Below are positions 38,983 to 48,639 of a stretch of 64,000 nt of DNA, one piece after another. The notes beneath the pieces are model-generated. The model did no database searches and was not told where the DNA came from. It saw only the letters and a program-made list of their open reading frames with translations. The DNA lies in NCBI GenBank assembly GCA_038116945.1, contig JAYOEY010000001.1, positions 292,649 through 356,648 of the forward strand. The letters run 5' to 3'. Numbering within the stretch: the first letter of the stretch is position 1; every line of letters starts with the position of its first letter. This DNA is from Rhodospirillales bacterium (GTDB taxonomy: Bacteria; Pseudomonadota; Alphaproteobacteria; MPNO01; UBA2964). The position numbers and the translations under genes are program-made.

Positions 38983-39840
38983 ATGACAAAACTGCTTTCA
39001 CAGGCCCAGATCGAACAATTTCGAGAGCGCGGCTTCGTGGCTCCCGTTCGGGTGATGTCCGAGGACGAGGCGCTGGATATCCGGAAGAGGGTGGAGGATT
39101 TCGAACGCGCACAGGGCAGGCCGCTTTACGGGCTGCAGGTCACCAAATGCGCGCTGCTTTTTCCCTGGGTGTACGACATCGTCAGCCGGGAGAATCTGCT
39201 CGACGCCGTCGAAGATCTAATCGGTCCCGACATCCTGATGTATCAGAACGGTGCGTGGTTCAAGGAGCCGTACTCCGACGCCTATGTCAGCTGGCATCAG
39301 GATTCGACCTATTACGGAATCGATCCGCTGGACATGGTTACCTGCTGGATCGCGCTGTCGGACGCAGACGAAACCAGCGGATGCATGCAGGTGATTTCAG
39401 GGTCGCACAAGCTCGAACAGCTTCCGGTCGAATACACCGAACTGACGAAGGACAATCTGCTCGCCAGCGGACAGAACACGATTATCGACAGAAAGGACGC
39501 GACGATCGAAACGATGCCCCTGCGTCCGGGCGAGATGTCCATTCATCATGTCTGTACCGTGCACAGTTCCCTCCCGAATCGTGGGGCGGACAGACGGATG
39601 GGTTTCAGCATCGCCTATATGGGACCGCATGTAAGCCAGACGACGGAGCTGAAGGCGACCGCCATGCTGATGAGGGGAGAGGACCGTTACGGATACTATG
39701 GACCGGAAACGGCGCCCGTTGCTACGGACGATCCGGGAACGCTGGCCCGCCATGAAGAAGCGGTTACGCTTTATAGAAACAAGGCGAAGGAAGCAGGCAA
39801 CCAGACTGCCTGGCGCCTTAACAAGCAGCCCGCCGCCTGA
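38983..39840 (+). CDS. phytanoyl-CoA dioxygenase (PhyH) family Fe(II)/2-oxoglutarate oxygenase
   Basis: WHQD (His-x-Asp) and a distal His in MSIHHVCTVHSS; 285 aa. Confidence 0.85.
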   Translation: MTKLLSQAQIEQFRERGFVAPVRVMSEDEALDIRKRVEDFERAQGRPLYGLQVTKCALLFPWVYDIVSRENLLDAVEDLIGPDILMYQNGAWFKEPYSDAYVSWHQDSTYYGIDPLDMVTCWIALSDADETSGCMQVISGSHKLEQLPVEYTELTKDNLLASGQNTIIDRKDATIETMPLRPGEMSIHHVCTVHSSLPNRGADRRMGFSIAYMGPHVSQTTELKATAMLMRGEDRYGYYGPETAPVATDDPGTLARHEEAVTLYRNKAKEAGNQTAWRLNKQPAA

Positions 39841-39848
39841 GAAAACCG

Positions 39849-40694
39849 ATGCCGAAACTCCTTACGCAAGACCAGGTCGACCAGTATCATCGCGACGGGT
39901 TTGCATCGCCCGTCCGCGTCATGTCGGAAGAGGCGGCGTTGGAACTGCGACGCAAGCTGGAGGATTTCGAGGCGAGCCAGGGCGGAAGCCTGCAGGGCAC
40001 GCAACGGACCAAGGTCTGCCTGCGGCTGCCCTTCATTTACGATATCGTCTCCAACCCGAACGTCCTCGACGCGATCGAAGACCTGGTCGGCCCGGACATC
40101 CTGATGTACCAGAACGGGGCGTGGATCAAGGAACCGGAAATCGGGACCTATGTCAGCTGGCACCAGGATATTTCCTATTTCGGCATGGATCCGCCGGATC
40201 TGGTTTCGGCGTGGGTGGCGCTGTCGCCGGCCAACGAGGATAGCGGCTGTATCCAGGTCCTGCCTGGCACTCACAAGCTGGGCATGCTGCCGGTTGAATA
40301 TACCGAAGTGAACCCGACCAACATGCTGGCGAGCGGACAGCGCGTGGTCTACGACGTCGATGAGTCGAAGGCTGTAACGATGCCGTTGCGACCGGGCGAA
40401 ATGTCGCTGCATCATGTCTGCCTGATTCACAGCTCGCTGCCGAACCACAGCGCCGATCGGCGGATCGGTTTTTCGGTCGCCTGCATGGGGCCGCATATCC
40501 GGCAAACGACTGAGGCAAAGGCAACCGCCATGCTGCTGCGGGGCGAGGATCGTTTCGGCAACTACGTTCTGGATGAAAAACCCGCTACAGGTATAGATGA
40601 TCCTGAATCGATCGCCCGTCACGAAAAAGCCGTGTCGCTGTATCGCGCAAAGGCGGAGGAGTGCGGGAACGCGAATGCCTGGCGGCTCGGCTGA
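39849..40694 (+). CDS. PhyH family Fe(II)/2-oxoglutarate oxygenase, tandem paralogue
   Basis: Collinear with 38983-39840 (31 of the first 60 residues identical by eye) and carries the same WHQD and HHV..H motifs. Confidence 0.85.
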   Translation: MPKLLTQDQVDQYHRDGFASPVRVMSEEAALELRRKLEDFEASQGGSLQGTQRTKVCLRLPFIYDIVSNPNVLDAIEDLVGPDILMYQNGAWIKEPEIGTYVSWHQDISYFGMDPPDLVSAWVALSPANEDSGCIQVLPGTHKLGMLPVEYTEVNPTNMLASGQRVVYDVDESKAVTMPLRPGEMSLHHVCLIHSSLPNHSADRRIGFSVACMGPHIRQTTEAKATAMLLRGEDRFGNYVLDEKPATGIDDPESIARHEKAVSLYRAKAEECGNANAWRLG

Positions 40695-40706
40695 GCCCGG
40701 TTTCGG

Positions 40707-41267
40707 TTACGGGTTGACGCCGCCGTCGCCGACGTCCTCGCCATCCTGCGGCGGGATCATCGCGCGGGTGACTTCCTGAACCAGCTCCATGAACTTCGCA
40801 TCGCCGATCCCGGTCAGGCCCGAAACCTGTCCGGAGGCGTCCGACTTGAGGCTGTCGCCGATGCAGAACGCGATTCCCATGCGAAGGGTTCCCGAGGAGG
40901 GCTGACTCGGGGTGTTCGCGCCTTTCTGACACAGATCATGGCCATCGTGATTCGGCGGCGCGTTGAAGGCGACGACCACCTTGTAGGGACGGACTGTCTT
41001 CGGCCCATGGGCACTCACGAATTCCGCCGGAGCGCCAGAGACCTGGTTCAGCATTTGCGACCTGACGGTGTTCGCGAAACTGCCCTGATTTCCGCCGAAA
41101 GGATTGCCGGTCACTTCCGTAACGATTGCACCGCGATGCGTCGCGTACTCGAAATCGCCGTCGAAATAAGACCAGCGGGGGCCAGGGTTGTCATTGACGA
41201 GGACGATGTTGCAGGCTCCGACGAGAAGTGCAGAGAGGCCCAGAACTGCGATTTTTGCATGTGCCAT
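40707..41267 (-). CDS. hypothetical lipoprotein
   Basis: MAHAKIAVLGLSALLVGAC lipobox. Start trimmed from the track ORF (41357) to ATG 41267. Confidence 0.6.
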   Translation of the reverse strand: MAHAKIAVLGLSALLVGACNIVLVNDNPGPRWSYFDGDFEYATHRGAIVTEVTGNPFGGNQGSFANTVRSQMLNQVSGAPAEFVSAHGPKTVRPYKVVVAFNAPPNHDGHDLCQKGANTPSQPSSGTLRMGIAFCIGDSLKSDASGQVSGLTGIGDAKFMELVQEVTRAMIPPQDGEDVGDGGVNP

Positions 41268-41390
41268 TGAAGGTGTCCCGTGATCTGTCGCGCGCCAGTC
41301 CCGGCGCGAATATCGTAACAACAGGAATATGGGGAGGAACGTCCCGCGAAACATCACAATTTTGCGTGAAATTTTGCGATGGAAACGGAG

Positions 41391-43376
41391 TCAGACGTCG
41401 AGATTGCCGACAGCCGACTGGGCGTTCTTCTGGATAAAGGCAAGCCTGCGCTCGGGTTTCCGCCCCATCAGGTCGTCTACCAGGATGGCGGTGCGCTTGG
41501 CTTCGCCAGCGGCCTGCGCTGCGTCGGGCAGCATCACCCGCAGCAGGGTTCGCCTCGACGGGTCCATCGCGGTTTCCTTGAGCTGCGACGCCGGCATTTC
41601 GCCGAGCCCCTTGAACCGGCTGATTTCTATCCGCCCGCGTCCGGTAAAATGTTCCTCGATCAGGCTTTCGCGGTGGGCGTCGTTCATCGCATACATTGTC
41701 AACGCCCCCTGGGTAATACGGTAGAGCGGCGGGAGGGCAATATAAAGATGTCCATTTTCAATAAGTTGCGGCATTTCCTTATAGAAAAATGTCATGAGAA
41801 GTGCTGCGATATGCGCGCCATCGACGTCGGCGTCGGTCATGATAATGACGCGTTCGTAGCGCAAGTTTTCTTCGCCGTAATTCGAACCCGTGCCGCATCC
41901 CAAAGCCTGAATCAGATCCCTCAGTTCCTGGTTGGCCAGCATCTTTTCGGATGTCGCGCTCGCCACGTTGAGGATTTTGCCTCTAAGAGGCAGAACCGCC
42001 TGGGTGTTCCGGTCGCGCGCCTGTTTTGCCGATCCGCCGGCGGAATCGCCTTCTACCAGGAAAATTTCCGTACCCACGGAATTTCCTGACGAGCAATCCG
42101 ACAGTTTCCCGGGAAGACGAAGTTTTCGGGTCGCCGTCTTGCGGGCCGTTTCCTTGGCCTGCCGCCTCTTGAGACGTTCTTCGGCTCTCTCGATGATGTA
42201 TTCGAGCAGGGTGCGGGCTGCATCGGGGTCACCGGTCAGAAAATGGTCGAAATGATCCTTTACCGAATTCTCGACGTTTCGCGCGACCCCGGCGGTTACC
42301 AGCTTTTCCTTGGTCTGCCCCTGAAATTCGGGGTCGGGAACGAATACGGAGAGGACCGCCCATGCGCCGCTTACCACATCATCGGGAGCGATGATCGACG
42401 CCCGTTTGTTGCCGATCAGCTCCGCGTAGGACTTGAGAGCCTTTGACAGAGCGGTTCGGAAGCCTGCTTCATGCGTTCCGCCTTCCGGCGTCGGCACCGT
42501 GTTGCAGTAGGAACTCATTCCGCCATCGCTGTCGGCGGGCCAGGAAATCGCCCATTCGACGCGTCCTCCCTTGCCATTGAGGCTGGCTTCTCCGGCAAAC
42601 GGGGAAGGGATGACTGTCTGCCGGTCGGCAAGCTGGCTTGCGAGGTAGTCGCTCAGTCCTCCGGGGAAATGAAGGGTCGCCTTTTCCGGTGTCTCGTCCT
42701 TGTCGGACAACATCGCCGGATCGCATGCCCAGCGTATCTGAACGCCTCTGTAGAGATAGGCTTTCGAGCGCGCCATGCGGTACAGCATCGTCGGCCTGAA
42801 CTTCGACGAGGCGCCGAAAATTTCCGGATCAGGATGAAATTTGACCGTCGTACCCCGACGGTTCTGCGCCGATCCGGCATTGACCAGCTTGCTGGTCGGA
42901 AGTCCCTTTTCGTATGTCTGAACCCAGAGAGTCTGGTCGCGGGCGATCTCTACGGTCAGGCTGTCGGAAAGGGCGTTCACGACGGAGATGCCGACGCCGT
43001 GCAGGCCGCCGGACGTCTGGTAGGATTTGTTGGAAAACTTTCCGCCGGAATGCAGCGTCGTCATAACGACTTCGAGAGCGGACTTGTCCTTGAATTTCGG
43101 ATGCGGATCGACCGGAATACCGCGGCCGTTATCGCGGATCGTTACGGTGCCGTCCGCATCAAGGATGAAATCGATCCAGCTTGCATGTCCGGCAACCGCC
43201 TCATCCATCGAATTGTCGAGGATTTCCGCGGCAAGATGGTGCATCGCCTTCTCGTCGCTGCCGCCGATATACATGGCGGGCCGCCGCCGGACCGGCTCAA
43301 GCCCTTCAAGGACTTCGATATCCTGCGCGGAATAGGAATTTTCTTTTTCGATCAGTCGTTTAGAGTTCGCCGCCAT
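41391..43376 (-). CDS. parE: DNA topoisomerase IV subunit B
   Basis: GHKL ATPase and TOPRIM motifs (EILDNSMDEA, GGLHGVG, EIFLVEGDSAGGSAKQ, IMTDADVDGAHI). The roughly 660-aa length fits ParE rather than GyrB. Confidence 0.9.
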   Translation of the reverse strand: MAANSKRLIEKENSYSAQDIEVLEGLEPVRRRPAMYIGGSDEKAMHHLAAEILDNSMDEAVAGHASWIDFILDADGTVTIRDNGRGIPVDPHPKFKDKSALEVVMTTLHSGGKFSNKSYQTSGGLHGVGISVVNALSDSLTVEIARDQTLWVQTYEKGLPTSKLVNAGSAQNRRGTTVKFHPDPEIFGASSKFRPTMLYRMARSKAYLYRGVQIRWACDPAMLSDKDETPEKATLHFPGGLSDYLASQLADRQTVIPSPFAGEASLNGKGGRVEWAISWPADSDGGMSSYCNTVPTPEGGTHEAGFRTALSKALKSYAELIGNKRASIIAPDDVVSGAWAVLSVFVPDPEFQGQTKEKLVTAGVARNVENSVKDHFDHFLTGDPDAARTLLEYIIERAEERLKRRQAKETARKTATRKLRLPGKLSDCSSGNSVGTEIFLVEGDSAGGSAKQARDRNTQAVLPLRGKILNVASATSEKMLANQELRDLIQALGCGTGSNYGEENLRYERVIIMTDADVDGAHIAALLMTFFYKEMPQLIENGHLYIALPPLYRITQGALTMYAMNDAHRESLIEEHFTGRGRIEISRFKGLGEMPASQLKETAMDPSRRTLLRVMLPDAAQAAGEAKRTAILVDDLMGRKPERRLAFIQKNAQSAVGNLDV

Positions 43377-43495
43377 CGTCGTGGACCCGTACCGGTGGGC
43401 TGAAAAAGGGTATCTGACAATATGCTGTGGGATGGTTATATTCAACCACATCATATTGCGGTAATTCCGCGATCATAGCGTAAATCGAGTAGAGA

Positions 43496-43891
43496 TTGGC
43501 AATGACCGATTCCCCGATCCCGCCGAGTGACGATCCGGCCATCCGAATAATGGCCATGCCCGCGGACACCAACCCGAGCGGCGATATCTTCGGCGGATGG
43601 CTGATGTCCATGATGGACATGGCCGGCGCCAATATCGCCTACCAGCGCGCGGGCGGTCGGGTGGCGACCGTCGCAGTCGACAAGATCGAATTTCATCGGC
43701 CTGTCGCGGTGGGCGATGTCGTTTCCTGTTTTGGCGAAGTGGTACGTACCGGAAATACCTCTCTGACGGTGGCAGTTTCGGCCTGGGTCCAGGACCGTCA
43801 GGGCGGGCCGGAGGTCAAGGTGACCGAAGGAGTCTTCACATTTGTGGCGCTCGACCGGGCCGGAAAACCGAGGCCGGTCGATAAGCCATGA
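43496..43891 (+). CDS. acyl-CoA thioesterase (YciA-like hotdog fold)
   Basis: MPADTNPSGDIFGGWLMSMMD...VATVAVDKIEFHRPVAVGD pattern; 131 aa. Confidence 0.85.
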   Translation: MAMTDSPIPPSDDPAIRIMAMPADTNPSGDIFGGWLMSMMDMAGANIAYQRAGGRVATVAVDKIEFHRPVAVGDVVSCFGEVVRTGNTSLTVAVSAWVQDRQGGPEVKVTEGVFTFVALDRAGKPRPVDKP

Positions 43892-44042
43892 AAATCGCGC
43901 GTTTCGTGGCCGGGAATGGTGGTCTCTGAACGCGGCTTCCAGGTTTGCCGGGGCCGGCGCGAGGGCGTTGTCTGGGTTGGCCAGGGGATCTGCTTGCTCA
44001 ACGGTTCGGTCCCGTTCCACAACGTTTTCCTGTTGTAAAAAA

Positions 44043-44090
44043 GATATCGTTTGATACTATTTTTTTCAATGAAACGTATCACGAGATATC
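44043..44090 (+). promoter_or_regulatory. composite inverted repeat (candidate operator) overlapping a candidate promoter
   Basis: GATATCgttTGATAC (44043-44057) and GTATCAcgaGATATC (44076-44090), 12/15 complementary with an 18-nt AT-rich spacer. Candidate TTGTAA (44033-44038), 16-nt spacer, TACTAT (44055-44060). Confidence 0.4.
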
Positions 44091-44115
44091 GGAGACAGGA
44101 CAGGAGACAGGACAG

Positions 44116-45006
44116 ATGTCGAAATTCATCATCCGAACGCACGGCCGTCTGCAGGAATGGGTTGCCGAAGAAAAGGGCTATTTCAAGGAAGAGCGACTGG
44201 ACTACATTTTTGACGTCAAGCCGTCGATGTACTGGTCTGCCTCGGTAACGTCGACAGACGAAGCGCCTGACGATTACCGGCAGGGTGCTTTTGAATCATA
44301 CGAGGAAGGTCGTGGGTGCGACGTGTCGACCGCCTGTCACTGGACGGTCAACTATGCCGCTGCTTCGGGGCATGGCCGGATGTGGGGAAACGCTTATTCG
44401 GTGTGCCCGTCAGGAATATGGGTGCCTCCGGAATCCGACGTGATGAAACCCGAGGACCTTGCCGATACGGAGATTTCAGTCGGCTACCACTCCGGGAGCC
44501 ATTACTCGACGATTCAAGGAATGCTCAAATTCATGGATCGCGATCGGATAAAGCTCCGGTTCGGCGGGGGGCTATATGACCGGCTTGGATTGCTTATCGA
44601 TCGAAAGACTCCTGCGGCAAATGCATTTGGAGTTTCATACTACACACTCGAACAGCTTGGTTTCCGAAAGGTCATGGATACGACCTTCATGATGGGCGCG
44701 CTGATCGATGAGAAAACGCCGACAGCGGACGTGGAAAAATTCTACCGCGCGCTGAAACGGGCTCAACAGGATATCGATGCATCGCCGGAGAAGTATGTCC
44801 ATTATTTCATGAACGAACTGCCACAACGTTTCCACCAGTATGTCGACTACCGGAGATTCGGACCTGGGGAACGCCTTGTCTTCCTGCCCTACACCCAGGA
44901 AATTTTCGAACAGACCCATAAATGGGTCGAGGACATGAATCTTTTTCCCGACCGTCAGGGAGTCAGGAATTACGGCGAGGCAATCGTCTCGTCCGCGGCG
45001 GAATAG
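44116..45006 (+). CDS. hypothetical cytoplasmic protein, possibly periplasmic-binding-protein-like (NMT1/THI5-like) fold
   Basis: 296 aa with no signal peptide. Start set at ATG 44116, after GGAG. The fold guess rests only on overall pattern and is weak. Confidence 0.55.
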   Translation: MSKFIIRTHGRLQEWVAEEKGYFKEERLDYIFDVKPSMYWSASVTSTDEAPDDYRQGAFESYEEGRGCDVSTACHWTVNYAAASGHGRMWGNAYSVCPSGIWVPPESDVMKPEDLADTEISVGYHSGSHYSTIQGMLKFMDRDRIKLRFGGGLYDRLGLLIDRKTPAANAFGVSYYTLEQLGFRKVMDTTFMMGALIDEKTPTADVEKFYRALKRAQQDIDASPEKYVHYFMNELPQRFHQYVDYRRFGPGERLVFLPYTQEIFEQTHKWVEDMNLFPDRQGVRNYGEAIVSSAAE

Positions 45007-45021
45007 AACTTCTCACAACAG

Positions 45022-45050
45022 AAAACCCCCGGCCAATGGCCGGGGGTTTC
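45022..45050. terminator. bidirectional intrinsic terminator
   Basis: Perfect 12-bp stem AAACCCCCGGCC/GGCCGGGGGTTT with a 3-nt loop, flanked by A and T runs, between convergent genes. Confidence 0.75.
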
Positions 45051-45068
45051 GATTGGTCGGACGCGAAC

Positions 45069-46478
45069 TCAGGCGCTGTAGTACATCGAGAACTCGACCG
45101 GGTGCGGCGTGTGCTCGTAGTTGTAGACCTCTTCCCATTTGATTTTGAGGTAACCGTCGATCTGATCGTCCGAGAAGACGTCGCCCCGCTTCAGGAAGTC
45201 GCGATCCGCATCGAGCGAATTCAGGGCCTGCCGCAGCGAGTGGCATACGGTCGGGACCCCCTTCAACTCTTCCGGCGGCAGGTCGTAAAGGTTCTTGTCC
45301 ATCGGGTCGCCGGGGTGGATCTTGTTTTCGATTCCGTCGAGCCCTGCCATGAGCATCGCCGTGAAGGCGAGGTACGGGTTGGCGGTCGGGTCCGGGAAGC
45401 GGACTTCGACCCGCTTGCCGCTGGCGCTGCTGGCGAACGGAATGCGGCAGCTGGCCGACCGGTTGCGGGCGGAGTAGGCGAGAAGCACCGGCGCCTCAAA
45501 CCCAGGGATCAGCCGCTTGTAGCTGTTGGTCGAGGGGTTGGTGAAGGCGTTGATGGCCTTTGCATGCTTGATAATGCCGCCAATGTAATGGAGGCACATC
45601 TCAGAAAGGTCGGCATATCCGGATCCTGCGAAAAGCGGTTTTCCGCCTTTCCACAGCGACTGATGGACATGCATGCCCGAACCGTTGTCGCCCATGATCG
45701 GCTTAGGCATGAAGGTCGCCGTCTTGCCGTACAGGTGCGCGACATTGTGGACGCAGTACTTGTAGATCTGCACCTTGTCCGCCTGGCTCAGGAGACTGTC
45801 GACCTTGGTCCCCAGCTCGTTCTGGCTGGGGGCGACCTCGTGGTGGTGCTTTTCGACCGTGACGCCCATGGTGGCCATCTGGGTCAGCATTTCGGCGCGC
45901 ATGTCGCCCATCGAATCGACCGGCGCAACGGGGAAGTAACCGCCCTTGATGCCCGGGCGATGCCCGGTATTTCCGCCTTCGATCTCGGAACCGGAGTTGT
46001 AGGGTCCTTCTTCTTCATCGACGGAATAGAAGGTGTGGTGCATCGAGACGTTGAACCTGACATCGTCGAATACGAAGAACTCGAGTTCGGGGCCGAAAAA
46101 CGCCGTATCGGCGATGCCCGACTGTTTGATGTAAGCCTCGGCGCGGCGTGCGGTCGAACGCGGATCGCGTTCGTAGGGCTGCCCCGTTGTGGGATCGAGA
46201 ATGTCGCAGAACATGATCAGGTGCGGCTGCGCGGAGAACGGATCCATGACGGCGGAATTCGGGTCCGGCATAAGGGTCATGTCGGATTCGTTGATATCCT
46301 TCCATCCGGCGATGGACGACCCATCGAACATGATGCCGTCTTCGAAAGTGCCTTCGTCCACCGTATCGACGGCTTGCGCCGTGTGCTGCCACTTGCCGCG
46401 CGGGTCGGTGAAACGGAAGTCGACGAATTTGACGTCGTGTTCCTTGACCATATCAAAATATTTTTTGGTATCGCTCAT
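45069..46478 (-). CDS. glnA: glutamine synthetase type I
   Basis: [33 protein letters not shown]-terminus, [21 protein letters not shown] and NPYLAF motifs. Start trimmed to ATG 46478. Confidence 0.95.
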   Translation of the reverse strand: MSDTKKYFDMVKEHDVKFVDFRFTDPRGKWQHTAQAVDTVDEGTFEDGIMFDGSSIAGWKDINESDMTLMPDPNSAVMDPFSAQPHLIMFCDILDPTTGQPYERDPRSTARRAEAYIKQSGIADTAFFGPELEFFVFDDVRFNVSMHHTFYSVDEEEGPYNSGSEIEGGNTGHRPGIKGGYFPVAPVDSMGDMRAEMLTQMATMGVTVEKHHHEVAPSQNELGTKVDSLLSQADKVQIYKYCVHNVAHLYGKTATFMPKPIMGDNGSGMHVHQSLWKGGKPLFAGSGYADLSEMCLHYIGGIIKHAKAINAFTNPSTNSYKRLIPGFEAPVLLAYSARNRSASCRIPFASSASGKRVEVRFPDPTANPYLAFTAMLMAGLDGIENKIHPGDPMDKNLYDLPPEELKGVPTVCHSLRQALNSLDADRDFLKRGDVFSDDQIDGYLKIKWEEVYNYEHTPHPVEFSMYYSA

Positions 46479-46533
46479 CTGAACAGTCCTGCTCCTAGGT
46501 GTCGTTTTGTTTGCTGTGTGTGATTGCCGGCGA

Positions 46534-46944
<411 letters not shown>

Positions 46945-47011
46945 TCAAACGGCTAACTTGTTGATATTATGTTTGAAAAATTGTCCGGTGGAGGCCCGTG
47001 AAGAGAAATGA

Positions 47012-47028
47012 TGCATAAGAAATGTGCA
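47012..47028. promoter_or_regulatory. candidate NtrC-type enhancer site
   Basis: TGCATAAGAAATGTGCA is a 17-mer with TGCA-N9-TGCA spacing, as in the NtrC consensus TGCACC-N5-GGTGCA. It lies about 75-90 nt upstream of the sigma54 element. Confidence 0.4.
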
Positions 47029-47136
47029 AAGTGCCTATTTATTCAGCAATTTTTTGGGCTATTGCAGAGTCGGAACCTTCGTTAAAACCGGAGCCCGACG
47101 CAAAGCAGTTCGCGCTATCTCACCGGATGGACCGAC

Positions 47137-48294
47137 ATGAAACCCGCTAATTCCGTCTTGTCGTCGTATGGAACGACGATTTTCGAGACCATGTCCCGCC
47201 TCGCGCAGGAAAACGGCGCCGTCAATCTCGGCCAGGGCTTCCCAGACGGCAACGGACCGCCCGACGTTGTGGCGGCAGCGACCGACTACCTGGAGAACGG
47301 GCTGAACCAGTATCCGCCGATGGCTGGACTGCCGGTTCTGAGACAGGCGGTCGCACAGGCCAACAGGCGGTTTTACGGCCTCGACATAGAGTGGCAGACG
47401 GAAGTTGCAGTGACGTCGGGCGCAACGGAGGCGCTTGCCTCGTGTCTGTTTGCCCTGATCGAGCCTGGCGACGAGGTGGTGCTGATCGAACCCCTCTACG
47501 ACTCCTATCTGCCGATCGTGCGGCGGGCGGGCGGCGTGCCGAAACTCGTCCGCCTCGAGCCGCCGCACTGGAAGTTGCCGGAAGACGCCCTGGCCGAGGC
47601 GTTTTCCGACCGGACGAAGCTGATCCTGGTCAATACGCCGATGAACCCGTGTTCCAAGGTGTTCAGCCGGGACGAACTGGCGGTGATTTCCGAACTCGTG
47701 CTTCGCCACGATGCCTATGCGGTGTGCGACGAAGTATACGAGCATCTTGTATTCGACGATGCAGTTCACGTTCCGCTGATGGCCTTGCCCGGCATGCGGG
47801 AGAGATGCATCCGGATCGGCTCAGCCGGCAAGACGTTTTCGCTGACCGGCTGGAAGGTCGGCTACATTACTGCCTGTCCCGCCCTGCTGCAGCCGGTGCT
47901 GAAGGCGCACCAGTTCGTGACCTTTACCACGCCCCCCAATCTGCAGGCGGCTGTCGCATTCGGTCTCGAAAAGGCCGACGACTATTTTCTGGGGCTTTCC
48001 TCGGAAATGCAGACGCGTCGCGACCACCTCAGCAACGGGTTGAAGGAGATCGGGTTCGAAGTGCTGGACTGCCAGGGAAGCTATTTCATCACGACGGATT
48101 TCCGGCCTCTCGGGTTCAACGGAGTCGACGAGGATTTCTGCCGGCATATCACGACCGAGGCGCGGGTCGCGGCGGTCCCCGTCAGCGCGTTTTACCAGAG
48201 CGGCGACATCCGACATTTCGCGCGTTTCTGTTTCTGCAAGGAAATCGCCTCGCTGGAAGAGGCCCTGCGCCGCTTGCGTGGCCATTTCGCCTGA
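47137..48294 (+). CDS. class I/II PLP aminotransferase (methionine/kynurenine aminotransferase YbdL-like)
   Basis: NLGQGFPD, NTPMNPCSKVF and SAGKTFSLTGWKVGY (PLP Lys) motifs; 385 aa. Confidence 0.85.
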   Translation: MKPANSVLSSYGTTIFETMSRLAQENGAVNLGQGFPDGNGPPDVVAAATDYLENGLNQYPPMAGLPVLRQAVAQANRRFYGLDIEWQTEVAVTSGATEALASCLFALIEPGDEVVLIEPLYDSYLPIVRRAGGVPKLVRLEPPHWKLPEDALAEAFSDRTKLILVNTPMNPCSKVFSRDELAVISELVLRHDAYAVCDEVYEHLVFDDAVHVPLMALPGMRERCIRIGSAGKTFSLTGWKVGYITACPALLQPVLKAHQFVTFTTPPNLQAAVAFGLEKADDYFLGLSSEMQTRRDHLSNGLKEIGFEVLDCQGSYFITTDFRPLGFNGVDEDFCRHITTEARVAAVPVSAFYQSGDIRHFARFCFCKEIASLEEALRRLRGHFA

Positions 48295-48384
48295 CCATCG
48301 GAAGAGCGTTCACGGGAGTTGACGCTTCAAGGCCACAAGTCTAAAGAAACCGTCCTGAATTCCGGCGGAAACCGTCGGTTCGAT

Positions 48385-48462
<78 letters not shown>

Positions 48463-48639
48463 TTTTTCCCTGGTATATTTGTTTTCGGAAACGGGCCAGC
48501 CCGTTGGAAAAGAGTGCTCTCGCGCCGGAAGGCGGGTGCTGCTCACGCAATGGCACGGGCCGCAGCGCGCCATTCTGTGGCACTTCGTTGCCGGCGACGC
48601 AGGGCGAATGCGTATCGGGGAGAGCCGGCGCAGGTCGCT

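Noticed and set aside
43945-44115. Upstream extension of the 44116 gene (track start 43945)
   Set aside because: The extension reads through the AT-rich repeat-containing control region and has an improbable composition. ATG 44116 has a GGAG box at good spacing.
44922-46523. 533-aa ORF on the plus strand
   Set aside because: It is antisense to glnA, which has textbook glutamine synthetase motifs. The ORF has no recognisable motifs and the usual high-GC antisense composition.
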